Of a stretch of 64,000 bases of DNA, positions 10,763 through 20,104 are shown in pieces. Every line of letters begins with the position of its first letter. Position 1 is the stretch's first letter. The stretch spans positions 46,601 to 110,600 of the forward strand of contig CAWJAN010000006.1 in assembly GCA_963840885.1 (NCBI GenBank), read 5' to 3'. Position numbers and translations under genes: made by a program. Source of the stretch: an uncultured bacterium. Lineage in GTDB: Bacteria > Patescibacteriota > Minisyncoccia > Phycocordibacterales > GWA1-40-21. The notes beneath the pieces were generated by a model, which saw only the letters and a program-made list of their open reading frames with translations, made no database searches and was not told where the DNA came from.

Positions 10763-13700
10763 TTACACCACCAAATTCTCATTCACAATCCCTCCTTTCA
10801 GGTCTACAACGGGAGATTTGAAGGCTTCCGTGTAAGATTCATCATCGTTCTTCCTATCGATCTTCAGATAGTATCTTCCTTGGGGGAGAAGGATGTAATA
10901 TCTGCCGTATTTGTCTGCGATTTTCTTGGCGATAGGAGAATCATCCTGGCCTTCCCTGTAGATCTTGATTACTGCAAATGAGAGCGGCAGGCCTGTTTTG
11001 GAATCCTTGATCGTTCCAGCTTTCTTCGTCCTGAAGACGACATAGTTCAGGAGATACGCGATGACATAGAGGCCGGCAACGATGAGGTTGTAAGGCGCTG
11101 GAGCGAAGATGAGGGCGATGAGCGCGACGAAAGCGCCGATGACGAAGAGCAGATCATATATCCTTGACCAGATTACTGTGGAACCTTTGGTGAAAGTATT
11201 CATGTTTGCCCTGTTCTTGGCGAACTCGTTCCAGTCGAATTTCAAAGGATCCATCGGGATATTCTTGGTGATGATTTCTCCGAGAGATCCGATGACGAGC
11301 TCTTCTCCGTGATAGAGGTCGTTGTAAACGTCGTCGAATGTGCCGAGAATCTTCTTTGACGGGAAAGAATAGTTGGTCTTCTGGGCCATGATCCTGTACT
11401 TGCCGGGCATTACGAGGAATCCGTATCTGCCGTCGAGGTCCGTGATTGCGGTGGCTGCGGTTTTGTTGGTCGCGATATCGATGAGCGTCACGTAAGCCGG
11501 ATCGAGAGGACGCTTCGTTACGGAATCATATACTGTTCCCCATTTTCTCTGCTTTTTCTTCAGGCCTAAGGATTCGGATAGCAAGCCGAAGAATCTTGCC
11601 GGTATGGTCCAGGTTTCAGACCAGGTCAGGGGGTTAACGAAAAGAAGCGCGGCTGAATATGCGATGCCTCCGATGACAAGGCCGACGGTCGAGATTACTT
11701 TGACCACTATGGAACCGACAGGATCGTTTACGGTAGAGCTTGCCATTCTGATTATTGGATTTAATGTATCCGATATTCCCTTGATGGCATTGTTGAAAGA
11801 TTGAGAATTCGATACTGGTGCCGTTGGTGCGGGAGTTGGAGTCGGAGTTGGCGCAGGTGCTGGAGTTGGCAAAGGTGTTGGCACAGGAGTTGGCAAAGGT
11901 GTTGGCGTAGGGGTTGGTGTCGGAGGTTCAGGAGGAACGACTGGAAGAGGTTCGGTCTGGCATCCGAGGATGTCATTGGCTTTCTTCCTTGAATAGTATC
12001 CGAAGTTTCCTGTTCCGCTTGAAAGTCCGTATGGAGAGAGGATGTCGCTTGCATATGCGTTCTGGAAATTGGTGACTGAATCTGCAGTTACTGTTCCGTA
12101 ATATTCCATCTCGGAACCTAGTGTTTCCGGACCGCTTGTGGCCTGATCGAATCCGTTGGTGTTCAGGAATATCTGGAGATCCTTAACGTCAGGATCAGAT
12201 GTTCCCGGCATGAGGTTCTTGGTGAAGCAGAATCCTTTAGGCAATGTCGGAGGGATGATTACTGGAGGGGTTGAGGTTGCAGGCGTGGTTGTTGCGGGGG
12301 TGGTGGTTGGAACGATAGGAGGTTCGGTTGAACCGCCGGATGGGCCTGTATATGGAGGCAAAACCGGTGTAGGCAGAGTCGTGGTTGCTCTTCTTCCGTG
12401 TGGACGATGGGGAAACAGCCAGTTGACGTCTGAGCCTCCGTCTACACAGCCGTTAGTGCAGTCGAAGGCGTCAGCGGAAAGATTGGTTGAGCCTGAGACA
12501 TCTAAAAATGAAAATGAAGATGTGCCTGAACCGGTTTGCAGTATATTGAAAGGAACTATAGCTGGTGGAGAAAACTTTTGAACATCGCCGCCATTATGCC
12601 CGTAGTCGGCAACATATATATTGTTATTCGAATCAACCGTTAATTGCGTAGGATTGGAAAATTGTCCATCGCTAGTCGTGCCGAATGTGCCGAATTGGCT
12701 AATCAATGAAAGATCCGAATCAAGCTTAACGACATTATGATTGCCTGAATCGGATACATATAAATATCCGTTTGAATCTACGGCTACGCCGTATGGTGAG
12801 CTGACATCTGTATATGAAGAAACGTAAGAAAGGTCGGATACATTAAATTTTACGATTCGATTATGCCCAGTATCGGCAAGATAAATAAAAGTTCCCGCCG
12901 GATCAACGGCGAGCGAACCGCTAGTCGAATTAAAGCTGAAACCTTGGCTGTTGGCGGAAGTGGTTGATGCAATAAGGTTAAAATTTGAATCCAATTTCAA
13001 TATTCCGCCGGTTGGGCCGTAATTGCTGGTGACATATATATTGCCGGATGAATCAACGGCAATGCCTCCGGAAATACCGGTGCTCTGAACTGATGGAATC
13101 GTAGTGATATCCGGGGAAGATATCAAAAAATTACCGCTGGGATCAAATTCCATAATTTTATTACTCGATCCGTTCGCTACGTACAAATTATCCGAAATAT
13201 CAGTGGATAATTGCACCGGATCAGAAAGCGAACTTGTCGCAATGGTGTTTATCAAATTGCCGGAACTGTCGAATTCTTTTATATAATTTCCAAAATAATC
13301 CGAAACATAGATATTATCTGCCGAATCATGGGCTACTCCAAAGGTTAAGCTAAGCGATGATAACAATTCGCTATTAAATTGAGGAATGGAAGCCCCTCCA
13401 GTATTTATTGAAAGAAGATTGCCAGAGCTTCCGGACAGAGAAATGCTGCCGGATATGGTTGTCGTGGCAGTCTGATCGAATAAAAGCGATGAGCCCGATG
13501 ATGAAAACTTGGTCAAATTAGGAAATGTGTTTGAACCGGAAATGGTTTGGGAGGATGTTCCTGTAAAATTAACCGTGCCTGAAGAGCTTGCGCTCGTATC
13601 TTCAAGTATTCCGCCTGTATTCGACCAATTGCCATAAACATTCAGTATATATCCGTTTAAATCAAGAGTTCCTCCGTCTACTAAAACAAGACTGCGAATA

Positions 13701-15010
13701 TTTTCATCCTGATAAAGTGTGACTGTTCCGGTGCTTATCGTCGCATCACTCGTCTCATCTGTCGATGTCGATATAAAATTTATTGCTCCCCCACCTGTTA
13801 TAAGCGTTCCGCCGGTGTTTATAAAATTCCACCAATGGCCGCTAAAATTTAATGTGTAAGATGACAGGTCTAGCGTTCCTCCGGATGCCAAAATAAGGCT
13901 ATTAACATTTTGATCTTGGGTCAGGTCGATAGTCCCAGTATTTATAGTTGCGCTGTCGGAAGATCCAGGAAAATCAATGCCTTCAACGGGAACATACCCT
14001 GATGGAAGCACGAGTCCGTTATAGGTGGTCGAAGCGGTGCCGTCCGGATTAACGACGGTTATATTATTGTTATGAGCATCGGTAACATAAATATATCCTG
14101 ATGTCGTGAGAGCCATACCAAAAGGCTGAGAAAATCCGAATGAAGAATAAGTTGTCGAAGCGGTGCCGTCCGGATTGTAGACCACGATACGATGCGATCC
14201 ATTGGATTCCAATGCGTATATATCTCCCGATGAGGAGAGTGCCACGTTTTCAGGGACGAAAAGTCCGCTGCCGTTATAGCTTGTCGAAGCGGTGCCGTCC
14301 GGATTTAAGATATCAATGCGGTTATTCGAAGCATCGGCAACATATATTTCTCCTGAAGGCGAAAAAGTTATGCCGAAAGGATATATCGGAGCCAGGCTTC
14401 CTCCGTCATAGCTTGTGGATGCTGTGCCGTCCGGATTTAAGATGACAATTCTGTTATTGCCTTCATCGGATACATAAATATCTCCGGATGGGGAAACTAT
14501 TACGTATCTAATATTGCTAAAAGGGGCCAGGCTTCCGCCGTTATAGCTTGTCGAAGCGGTGCCGTCCGGATTTAGGACAACGATTCTATTATTTGAAGCG
14601 TCTACTATGTACATTTCTCCTGACGGTGAGAGATTTATTCCTACGGGACCGATTGGAGCCAAGCTTCCGCCGTTATAGCTTGTGGATGCTGTGCCGTCCT
14701 GGTTCAGGACTACTATTCTATTATGTCCGTTATCAGCTATGTATATTTCTCCAGAGGTAGATGAAATCGCCAAATTATAAGGAGCGCTAAAACCAATTAA
14801 TCCTCCGTTTGTTCCCCAGGTAGTGGTGCTATTCCAGTCACCGCCTGAGCTTGTGTTGAAGGCGGTTGAAAAATTATTGCTGGAATTTGAAACGAATATC
14901 TTTTTAAAATTTTCGTTAGAAAATAAAAAAACTGCTGAAATTATTAAAATTATGAGTAGGAATATTGAAATAAATCCTGCTGGTTTCGCCTTTATTTCTG
15001 TAAATTTCAT
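10763..15010 (-). CDS. Large surface protein: NHL-repeat beta-propellers, peptidoglycan-binding-like domain, PT-rich linker, C-terminal membrane module paralogous to 250-1941
   Basis: IYVADxxNNRIVVLNPDG NHL repeats; DVKDLQIFLN..YYGTVTADSVTNFQ resembles a PG-binding domain. The likely start is MKFTEIK at 15010; the ORF track extends it to 15079. Confidence 0.85.
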   Translation of the reverse strand: MKFTEIKAKPAGFISIFLLIILIISAVFLFSNENFKKIFVSNSSNNFSTAFNTSSGGDWNSTTTWGTNGGLIGFSAPYNLAISSTSGEIYIADNGHNRIVVLNQDGTASTSYNGGSLAPIGPVGINLSPSGEMYIVDASNNRIVVLNPDGTASTSYNGGSLAPFSNIRYVIVSPSGDIYVSDEGNNRIVILNPDGTASTSYDGGSLAPIYPFGITFSPSGEIYVADASNNRIDILNPDGTASTSYNGSGLFVPENVALSSSGDIYALESNGSHRIVVYNPDGTASTTYSSFGFSQPFGMALTTSGYIYVTDAHNNNITVVNPDGTASTTYNGLVLPSGYVPVEGIDFPGSSDSATINTGTIDLTQDQNVNSLILASGGTLDLSSYTLNFSGHWWNFINTGGTLITGGGAINFISTSTDETSDATISTGTVTLYQDENIRSLVLVDGGTLDLNGYILNVYGNWSNTGGILEDTSASSSGTVNFTGTSSQTISGSNTFPNLTKFSSSGSSLLFDQTATTTISGSISLSGSSGNLLSINTGGASIPQFNSELLSSLSLTFGVAHDSADNIYVSDYFGNYIKEFDSSGNLINTIATSSLSDPVQLSTDISDNLYVANGSSNKIMEFDPSGNFLISSPDITTIPSVQSTGISGGIAVDSSGNIYVTSNYGPTGGILKLDSNFNLIASTTSANSQGFSFNSTSGSLAVDPAGTFIYLADTGHNRIVKFNVSDLSYVSSYTDVSSPYGVAVDSNGYLYVSDSGNHNVVKLDSDLSLISQFGTFGTTSDGQFSNPTQLTVDSNNNIYVADYGHNGGDVQKFSPPAIVPFNILQTGSGTSSFSFLDVSGSTNLSADAFDCTNGCVDGGSDVNWLFPHRPHGRRATTTLPTPVLPPYTGPSGGSTEPPIVPTTTPATTTPATSTPPVIIPPTLPKGFCFTKNLMPGTSDPDVKDLQIFLNTNGFDQATSGPETLGSEMEYYGTVTADSVTNFQNAYASDILSPYGLSSGTGNFGYYSRKKANDILGCQTEPLPVVPPEPPTPTPTPTPLPTPVPTPLPTPAPAPTPTPTPAPTAPVSNSQSFNNAIKGISDTLNPIIRMASSTVNDPVGSIVVKVISTVGLVIGGIAYSAALLFVNPLTWSETWTIPARFFGLLSESLGLKKKQRKWGTVYDSVTKRPLDPAYVTLIDIATNKTAATAITDLDGRYGFLVMPGKYRIMAQKTNYSFPSKKILGTFDDVYNDLYHGEELVIGSLGEIITKNIPMDPLKFDWNEFAKNRANMNTFTKGSTVIWSRIYDLLFVIGAFVALIALIFAPAPYNLIVAGLYVIAYLLNYVVFRTKKAGTIKDSKTGLPLSFAVIKIYREGQDDSPIAKKIADKYGRYYILLPQGRYYLKIDRKNDDESYTEAFKSPVVDLKGGIVNENLVV
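14020..14720. repeat. Six near-identical NHL-repeat units at DNA level (..tagcttgtcgaagcggtgccgtccggatt..), period about 120-135 bp
   Basis: (N/Q)PDGTAST(S/T)Y occurs six times with near-identical codons. Confidence 0.85.
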
Positions 15011-15181
15011 TTGGTGGATTAGGATTATTATTGCTACGGTGTTTATTATAATAGATTTTATAATAAAGACACTAATCACTTGCGAATATTAGGCCGCTGA
15101 AACTGTATAGGAAAGATTAAATCATATCCCGGCATTTATATTACTGCGTTTCATGATGCCATGATATAATTTAAACTTATT

Positions 15182-15541
15182 ATGGAAACGCAAGCCACAG
15201 GCATTTGTCCCGTTTGCCACGAGCCGGTAAGGCCGGAATATTATTTTTGCCCGAATTGCGGGACAAAATTAAAACGAGCTCCGCTTCCAGTATCGATGGC
15301 GGAACAAATCAAAATATATGCTCACAGCATAATCCTTCCCTGGATTCTTTTTATTACCGTATCGAAATGGAAAGGGGTAGAATATATGAAATCAAAAGAT
15401 ATCAAAGAAAAGCAAATCGGCATCATTGCCTGCGTTCTATTAGCTCTCTCTACGATTATTACGATTTGGATGGCTTACGTTTTTACGCAGCAAATGATTC
15501 AATCCTCGATAGATAGTATCAACGCTGATCTGAATTTTTAA
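15182..15541 (+). CDS. Zinc-ribbon membrane protein
   Basis: CPVC...CPNCG followed by two hydrophobic segments. Confidence 0.75.
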   Translation: METQATGICPVCHEPVRPEYYFCPNCGTKLKRAPLPVSMAEQIKIYAHSIILPWILFITVSKWKGVEYMKSKDIKEKQIGIIACVLLALSTIITIWMAYVFTQQMIQSSIDSINADLNF

Positions 15542-15564
15542 ATATTCAAACTCACCCATGTATC

Positions 15565-15592
15565 GAAAAACCCGGAGCAGTCCGGGTTTTTC
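15565..15592. terminator. Bidirectional intrinsic terminator
   Basis: GAAAAACCCGGA-GCAG-TCCGGGTTTTTC lies between convergent genes. Confidence 0.75.
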
Positions 15593-15669
15593 TATCATTA
15601 GTAACGTCGCAGATGATGTTAGAGCTATTTTTTAAAGAAAAAATGACGCTACAATTTACATTCCTATTT

Positions 15670-16116
15670 TTACTTCACAACTTGTAATACCCAAATAAGT
15701 AAAATAAGAGCGTAGAGATTTATGAGTAAAGTTCGCAGCCAGTGTGTCCTCAAAATCTTTGCAAGATATGGACTTTGGGAGCCGAGAATATCTTTGCTCA
15801 ATTTAGCTTGCCATTGTCCCCAAAATAATATCGTAAAAAAAATGGATAATGCTTGCGCAAGAAAAGTTCCCCATATTGCCCAAAGAGGCGAACCGGCAGG
15901 ATGATACCAAAAAAGTATAATGGAACCAATAAGAGCTAGAGCTACCGGAGTGAAAATCCAATATGGAAGTTTTCTCCAATGCACTTCTTGAACTTTTTGA
16001 AAATCAACACCGACTAACTTCCACGAACGGAAAATATCAACTTCCATTGCCCAAATAGTTCCAACGTTGTAAAAACCAAGTGCAAGATTTATGATAAGAA
16101 ATGTCAACGGATTCAT
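15670..16116 (-). CDS. Four-TM hypothetical membrane protein (DUF1772-like)
   Basis: Four hydrophobic segments; HWLRT near the C-terminus. Confidence 0.65.
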   Translation of the reverse strand: MNPLTFLIINLALGFYNVGTIWAMEVDIFRSWKLVGVDFQKVQEVHWRKLPYWIFTPVALALIGSIILFWYHPAGSPLWAIWGTFLAQALSIFFTILFWGQWQAKLSKDILGSQSPYLAKILRTHWLRTLLINLYALILLIWVLQVVK

Positions 16117-16186
16117 AAATTAAATTTTATCAGGGTGGAACCGAAAAATCAAAGCCGGATATAGCTTAATTTCCAAAAAACATCGC

Positions 16187-16260
16187 TGGGTGCCTAACCG
16201 GATTCGGACCGGTGATAACGGATCCACAGACCGTTGTGTTACCACTACACCATAGGCACC
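16187..16260 (-). tRNA. tRNA-His(GTG)
   Basis: G-1 plus GTGCCTA/TAGGCAC acceptor stem, C73, anticodon loop CT-GTG-GA, T-loop TCCGAAT. Confidence 0.92.
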
Positions 16261-16325
16261 ATATCGTTAAATCATAGATTTAACAGGATTGAATATAACA
16301 GATTTCTTCTTTTAATCAAAATAAT

Positions 16326-16868
16326 TTAATATGTCGGTGGTTTTTCTTTATTCCCTGATTTTGCGGCAGAAAATCTTGCGAGCGCATAAAGCAAGCTTGA
16401 TAAGCGGTTCAAAAAAGTAAGTGTATGCGGATCTATTTTTGCCAGCCCTTCTTCGCTTACTCCGACGACTCTTCTCTCTGCCCGCCTTGCGAGAGTCCTG
16501 GCAAAATCAAAATGCGCGGATATTTCGCTCGCTCCGGAAATGAAAAAAGTCTTTATTGCTGGCAATTCTTTTTCTATGCCGTCTACGATCTCCTCCATAT
16601 ATTTTATTTCACTCTCAGGAATTTTCTTGTCGGCTCCGGCAACCTGAGCCTGGACTATGAAAAGATCGTTCTGCATCCTCTCCGCAATATCCGAGATTTT
16701 TTCTTCCCCGAATTTCAAATCTCCCGATTTTGATTTTGCTACTCCGATATACGAATTGGTCTCATCCAGCGTTCCGAGCGCTTCCGCTACGGCCGAACTT
16801 TTTGAAATCCGCTGGTCACAGCCGAAAGTTTTCGTTGTTCCGCTGTCTCCCTTTCTAGTGTAAAGCAT
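16326..16868 (-). CDS. PduO-type cob(I)alamin adenosyltransferase
   Basis: YTRKGDSGTT, GTLDETNS, RTLARRAER and LNRLSSLL motifs. Confidence 0.9.
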   Translation of the reverse strand: MLYTRKGDSGTTKTFGCDQRISKSSAVAEALGTLDETNSYIGVAKSKSGDLKFGEEKISDIAERMQNDLFIVQAQVAGADKKIPESEIKYMEEIVDGIEKELPAIKTFFISGASEISAHFDFARTLARRAERRVVGVSEEGLAKIDPHTLTFLNRLSSLLYALARFSAAKSGNKEKPPTY

Positions 16869-16909
16869 GATGGGATTTTACCATAAAAAAGGAGCTGAAA
16901 AAATTACGC

Positions 16910-17107
16910 TTACAGCTCCTTTCCATACCACCTCGAATACTTGTGGCATTTTCCCTTTTTATGGCTTTTGCAGATATTTTTGCTGTTATATATGCTGAGG
17001 ACCGCTCCGCAAATATTACATCTGCGGCCGGCTTTGAAAACGCGCGGTTTCTTTTCGTATACATAATACGTTTCTTCGCTTACGTATTCCTTGCGCCGTC
17101 TTCCCAT
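16910..17107 (-). CDS. Small basic Zn-finger-like hypothetical protein
   Basis: CNICGAVLSIYN..CKSH; SD-like AAGGCGGTG upstream. Confidence 0.5.
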   Translation of the reverse strand: MGRRRKEYVSEETYYVYEKKPRVFKAGRRCNICGAVLSIYNSKNICKSHKKGKCHKYSRWYGKEL

Positions 17108-17216
17108 CTTTTTTCACCGCCTTTCGTTGGTAGCATCTTTACAGATTTTACAATTTTATTTTTTCATGCGAAAGGGGCGGCGGGCCAGATTGCCCGCCGC
17201 CCCTTATCTGTAAAAA

Positions 17217-17615
17217 TTATTTCTTCTCCTCAAGATCCATGCAAACGGAGTTTATGCAATATCTTTTTCCTGTCTTTGTTGGGCCGTCGTCGAAAACATG
17301 GCCTAAATGGGAACCGCATTTGGCGCATAATACTTCAGTCCTGTTCATTCCCAGGCTTTCGTCTTTTTCCAGTTTTACTGCTCCAGGCAAAGCTTCATCG
17401 AATGAAGGCCAGCCTGTCCCTGAATCGAACTTTTTATCGGAAGAAAAAATGGGGTTGCCGCAGGCAGAGCAGACATACATTCCCTCTTTGTTTTCATGCA
17501 CGTACTTTCCAGAAAAAGGAGCTTCTGTTCCCTTTTCTCGAAGCACTTTGTATTGCTCCGGCGTCAGCTTATTTTTCCAATCCGCTTCTTTCATTTGTTT
17601 TTCGTCTTTGTTCAT
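17217..17615 (-). CDS. msrB: Peptide-methionine (R)-S-oxide reductase
   Basis: GTEAPFSG, GWPSF, HLGHVFDDGP and RYCINS motifs. Confidence 0.97.
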   Translation of the reverse strand: MNKDEKQMKEADWKNKLTPEQYKVLREKGTEAPFSGKYVHENKEGMYVCSACGNPIFSSDKKFDSGTGWPSFDEALPGAVKLEKDESLGMNRTEVLCAKCGSHLGHVFDDGPTKTGKRYCINSVCMDLEEKK

Positions 17616-17619
17616 TTTT

Positions 17620-18174
17620 TTATTTATTAATAGTTTTTAAAAGATTCGCAAACTTTTTCTGGACCTTTTCTAATTTAGGATTTATGACGAGCTCGCAGTA
17701 CGGATTGCCAGGATGATTGGAAAAATAATCATGATGGTAATTCTCTGCTTCATAAAATTTTTTTAGCGGTGTTACTTCGGTTACAACCTGATCGCCTCCC
17801 GTATTGGAAGCATCTATTTCTTTTATAATGGCGAGGGCCTCTTTTTTCTGTTCGGGAGTCGTATAGAAAACTGCGGATCTGTACTGAGTTCCCACATCAT
17901 TCCCCTGGCGGTTCAAGGTCGTCGGATCATGAGAACCGAAAAAAACAGTCAGAAGATCGCGGTAAGAAACCTGCGATGGATCGTATTCCACTCTTGTCAC
18001 TTCCGCATGGCCTGTTTTTCCCGAACATACTTCTTCATATGTGGGATTTTCAGTCGTCCCTCCGGAATATCCTGGCAATACCGATGAAACCCCCTTCATC
18101 ATTTTGAATACCGCTTCAGTGCACCAGAAACATCCTCCGCCGAATACTGCTATTTCCTTTTGTTTTTCTGACAT
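17620..18174 (-). CDS. msrA: Peptide-methionine (S)-S-oxide reductase
   Basis: GGCFWC, GHAE, HDPT and GTQYRS motifs. Confidence 0.97.
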   Translation of the reverse strand: MSEKQKEIAVFGGGCFWCTEAVFKMMKGVSSVLPGYSGGTTENPTYEEVCSGKTGHAEVTRVEYDPSQVSYRDLLTVFFGSHDPTTLNRQGNDVGTQYRSAVFYTTPEQKKEALAIIKEIDASNTGGDQVVTEVTPLKKFYEAENYHHDYFSNHPGNPYCELVINPKLEKVQKKFANLLKTINK

Positions 18175-18225
18175 ATGATAATTATAGCAGATAAAAAATA
18201 GGATTCATTATCCTGTTTAAATTTG

Positions 18226-18309
18226 TGCACGGGAGAGGACTCGAACCTCCAAAGGATTGCGCCCGCTACCACCTCAAGGTAGTGCGTCTACCAATTTCGC
18301 CACCCGTGC
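18226..18309 (-). tRNA. tRNA-Leu(GAG)
   Basis: GCACGGG/CCCGTGC acceptor stem, CTACC-TT-GAG-GT-GGTAG anticodon arm, long variable arm. Confidence 0.93.
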
Positions 18310-18376
18310 ATTAGGCTACATATTATAATAAAACTTTCTTTTTGCAATGAAAAACGCGGGCCTTGCCCGCGTTTTT

Positions 18377-18820
18377 TTATTCTTCTTTTTTCTCCGGCTT
18401 GGCTTCTTCTTTCTTTTTCGTATCGGTATTGCTTGTTCTTCTTGCCTCTAGAAGTTCTCCACCCAAATGCTTCCTGAGCTCTTTTGTGGCTTTGTTTCTT
18501 ACGTAGTAAAGCTTTGATCTCCTTACGTTTGAACGCTTCAGGACTTCTATTGAATCTATCATCGGAGAATAAAGCGGGAATATCCTTTCAACGCCTACTC
18601 CGTCGACGACTTTTCTTACTGTAAATGTAGCGCCGGCTTCTTTTCCGTGTTTTCTGGCAAGAACCATGCCTTCAAAAGCCTGGAGCCTGGTCTTGTCACC
18701 TTCCTTGATTTTTTGCCATACGATTACCGTATCTCCGGATTTCATATCGAGATCCTTCCTCTCATTCATGTCTACTGGTGAAATATTCATATATTTAAAT
18801 TGCGCTCTAAAATTTAGCAC
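18377..18820 (-). CDS. rplS: 50S ribosomal protein L19
   Basis: [32 protein letters not shown] and VRRSKLYY motifs; the true start may be a few codons downstream. Confidence 0.95.
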   Translation of the reverse strand: MLNFRAQFKYMNISPVDMNERKDLDMKSGDTVIVWQKIKEGDKTRLQAFEGMVLARKHGKEAGATFTVRKVVDGVGVERIFPLYSPMIDSIEVLKRSNVRRSKLYYVRNKATKELRKHLGGELLEARRTSNTDTKKKEEAKPEKKEE

Positions 18821-18822
18821 AT

Positions 18823-19563
18823 TTATTTGGCTTTAGCAATTCCTATTTTCTTCATTGCGACCTCGAAATCCACCGGATAAGGAGCTTTTATGTTCAGGGT
18901 TTTTCCCGACGGTATCTTGATTTCAAGCTCTCTTGCATGAAGCGCCATCCTTTTGAAGCCCATTTGCTTCCTGCTCTTCAATAAAAAATCTCCGGCATAA
19001 AGCTGGTCCATGACAACGGGATGATTTACCGATTTGAAATGGACTCGTATCTGATGCGTCCTTCCTGTTTTCGGGATAGCCTCAAGAAATGTGAATCCGT
19101 CCGCTCTCTTAAGCACCCTGAAATATGTCACGGCCTCTCTCATTTCTCCTCTTGCGCCGCGCTGCGCGGTAAATTTCCTGAAATCGGTGGAACTTTTTCC
19201 TATCGGCCTGTCTATCATTCCCCTGTCTTCTTTTACGTCGCCGTAAACGAAAACATTATAAACTTTGTGAACTTCCCTGTTCTGGAACTGATCTTTCAAA
19301 AATTCATACGCCGGCTGGTTCTTCGCGATGATAAGCGCGCCGGTGGTATCTTTGTCTATCCTGTGCACTATTCCCGGGCGGAAAACTGTCGTGCCGTCGC
19401 CAAGCACGAGCGGCTCGCCTACTTTTTTTACTTTAGGGTATTTTTTCAAAATCCAATCGACCAAAGTTTTTGCTTTGGTCTTGCCATCCGGATGGACTAT
19501 TATTCCTGCCGGCTTGTTTATGACAATGACATCTTTGTCTTCGTATAGAATCGGGATTTTCAT
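18823..19563 (-). CDS. RluA/RluD-family pseudouridine synthase
   Basis: [14 protein letters not shown] and [10 protein letters not shown] motifs. Confidence 0.93.
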   Translation of the reverse strand: MKIPILYEDKDVIVINKPAGIIVHPDGKTKAKTLVDWILKKYPKVKKVGEPLVLGDGTTVFRPGIVHRIDKDTTGALIIAKNQPAYEFLKDQFQNREVHKVYNVFVYGDVKEDRGMIDRPIGKSSTDFRKFTAQRGARGEMREAVTYFRVLKRADGFTFLEAIPKTGRTHQIRVHFKSVNHPVVMDQLYAGDFLLKSRKQMGFKRMALHARELEIKIPSGKTLNIKAPYPVDFEVAMKKIGIAKAK

Positions 19564-19611
19564 GTGATTTGTCTTGATAATCTAGCACGAATGAGTTATT
19601 GTACAAAGCGC

Positions 19612-19684
19612 GGGCGATTAGCTCAGTTGGTAGAGCGCTTCATTTACACTGAAGATGTCGCAGGTTCAAGTCCTGCATCGCCCA
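19612..19684 (+). tRNA. tRNA-Val(TAC)
   Basis: GGGCGAT/ATCGCCC acceptor stem, CTTCA-TT-TAC-AC-TGAAG anticodon arm. Confidence 0.95.
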
Positions 19685-19686
19685 CA

Positions 19687-19803
19687 GAAAAAAGAATCTC
19701 TTTTTTGATGCAGGACTTGAAAGCCGGAGCGCGGCGGCGCGAGGCGGGGTCGCGAGATTTTTCAGCAGAAAAATACTCGTGACCAAGTCCTGCATCGCCC
19801 ACA
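19687..19803 (+). repeat. tRNA-Val-associated structured element with inverted and direct copies of the tRNA 3' end
   Basis: CAAGTCCTGCATCGCCCACA at 19667-19686 is repeated at 19784-19803; an inverted T-arm copy GATGCAGGACTTGAA lies at about 19707-19721. Confidence 0.85.
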
Positions 19804-19833
19804 AATTTACAGCGTTTTTTCTTATGACAAACT

Positions 19834-20000
19834 TGCTCGGTAGGAACTCGACCCTTACAAGGTCAGTACCCGGATTGGACTTTTCCGTTCATTATCATTC
19901 CGGAAAAATACACAATCGGGCTTCGATTCCTACACGGAAGCGCCCCGCGCTTCCTCTCAGGCACATTTTAAAAAACCGCGATAAGCGGTTTTTTAAAATG
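19834..20000 (-). repeat. tRNA-Arg(TCT)-associated structured element
   Basis: 21-bp perfect inverted repeat 19959-19979/19985-20005, inverted T-arm copy 19922-19933, degenerate direct copy 19834-19851. Confidence 0.75.
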
Positions 20001-20072
20001 TGCCTCCGGTAGGAATCGAACCTACATCAAAGCCTTAGAAGAGCTCTGTTCTATCCATTGAACTACGAAGGC
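20001..20072 (-). tRNA. tRNA-Arg(TCT)
   Basis: GCCTTCG/CGGAGGC acceptor stem, anticodon loop CT-TCT-AA, T-arm GTAGG-TTCGATT-CCTAC. Confidence 0.92.
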
Positions 20073-20104
20073 AAGTGCCAATAACAAAAAGAAATATAAC
20101 AGGT

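Noticed and set aside
16326-16868. Cobalamin adenosyltransferase as evidence of B12 biosynthesis
   Set aside because: It is a stand-alone gene with no cob/cbi neighbours, more simply explained by cofactor salvage.
16943-17716. 257-aa plus-strand ORF and similar long antisense ORFs (21131, 29710, 30243, 51596, 53820)
   Set aside because: They lie antisense to well-supported genes and have no recognisable motifs.
19667-19803. attL/attR pair of an integrated prophage or island at tRNA-Val
   Set aside because: Only 97 bp lie between the repeats, there is no integrase, and the inverted copy is unexplained. Kept as a mini-element finding.
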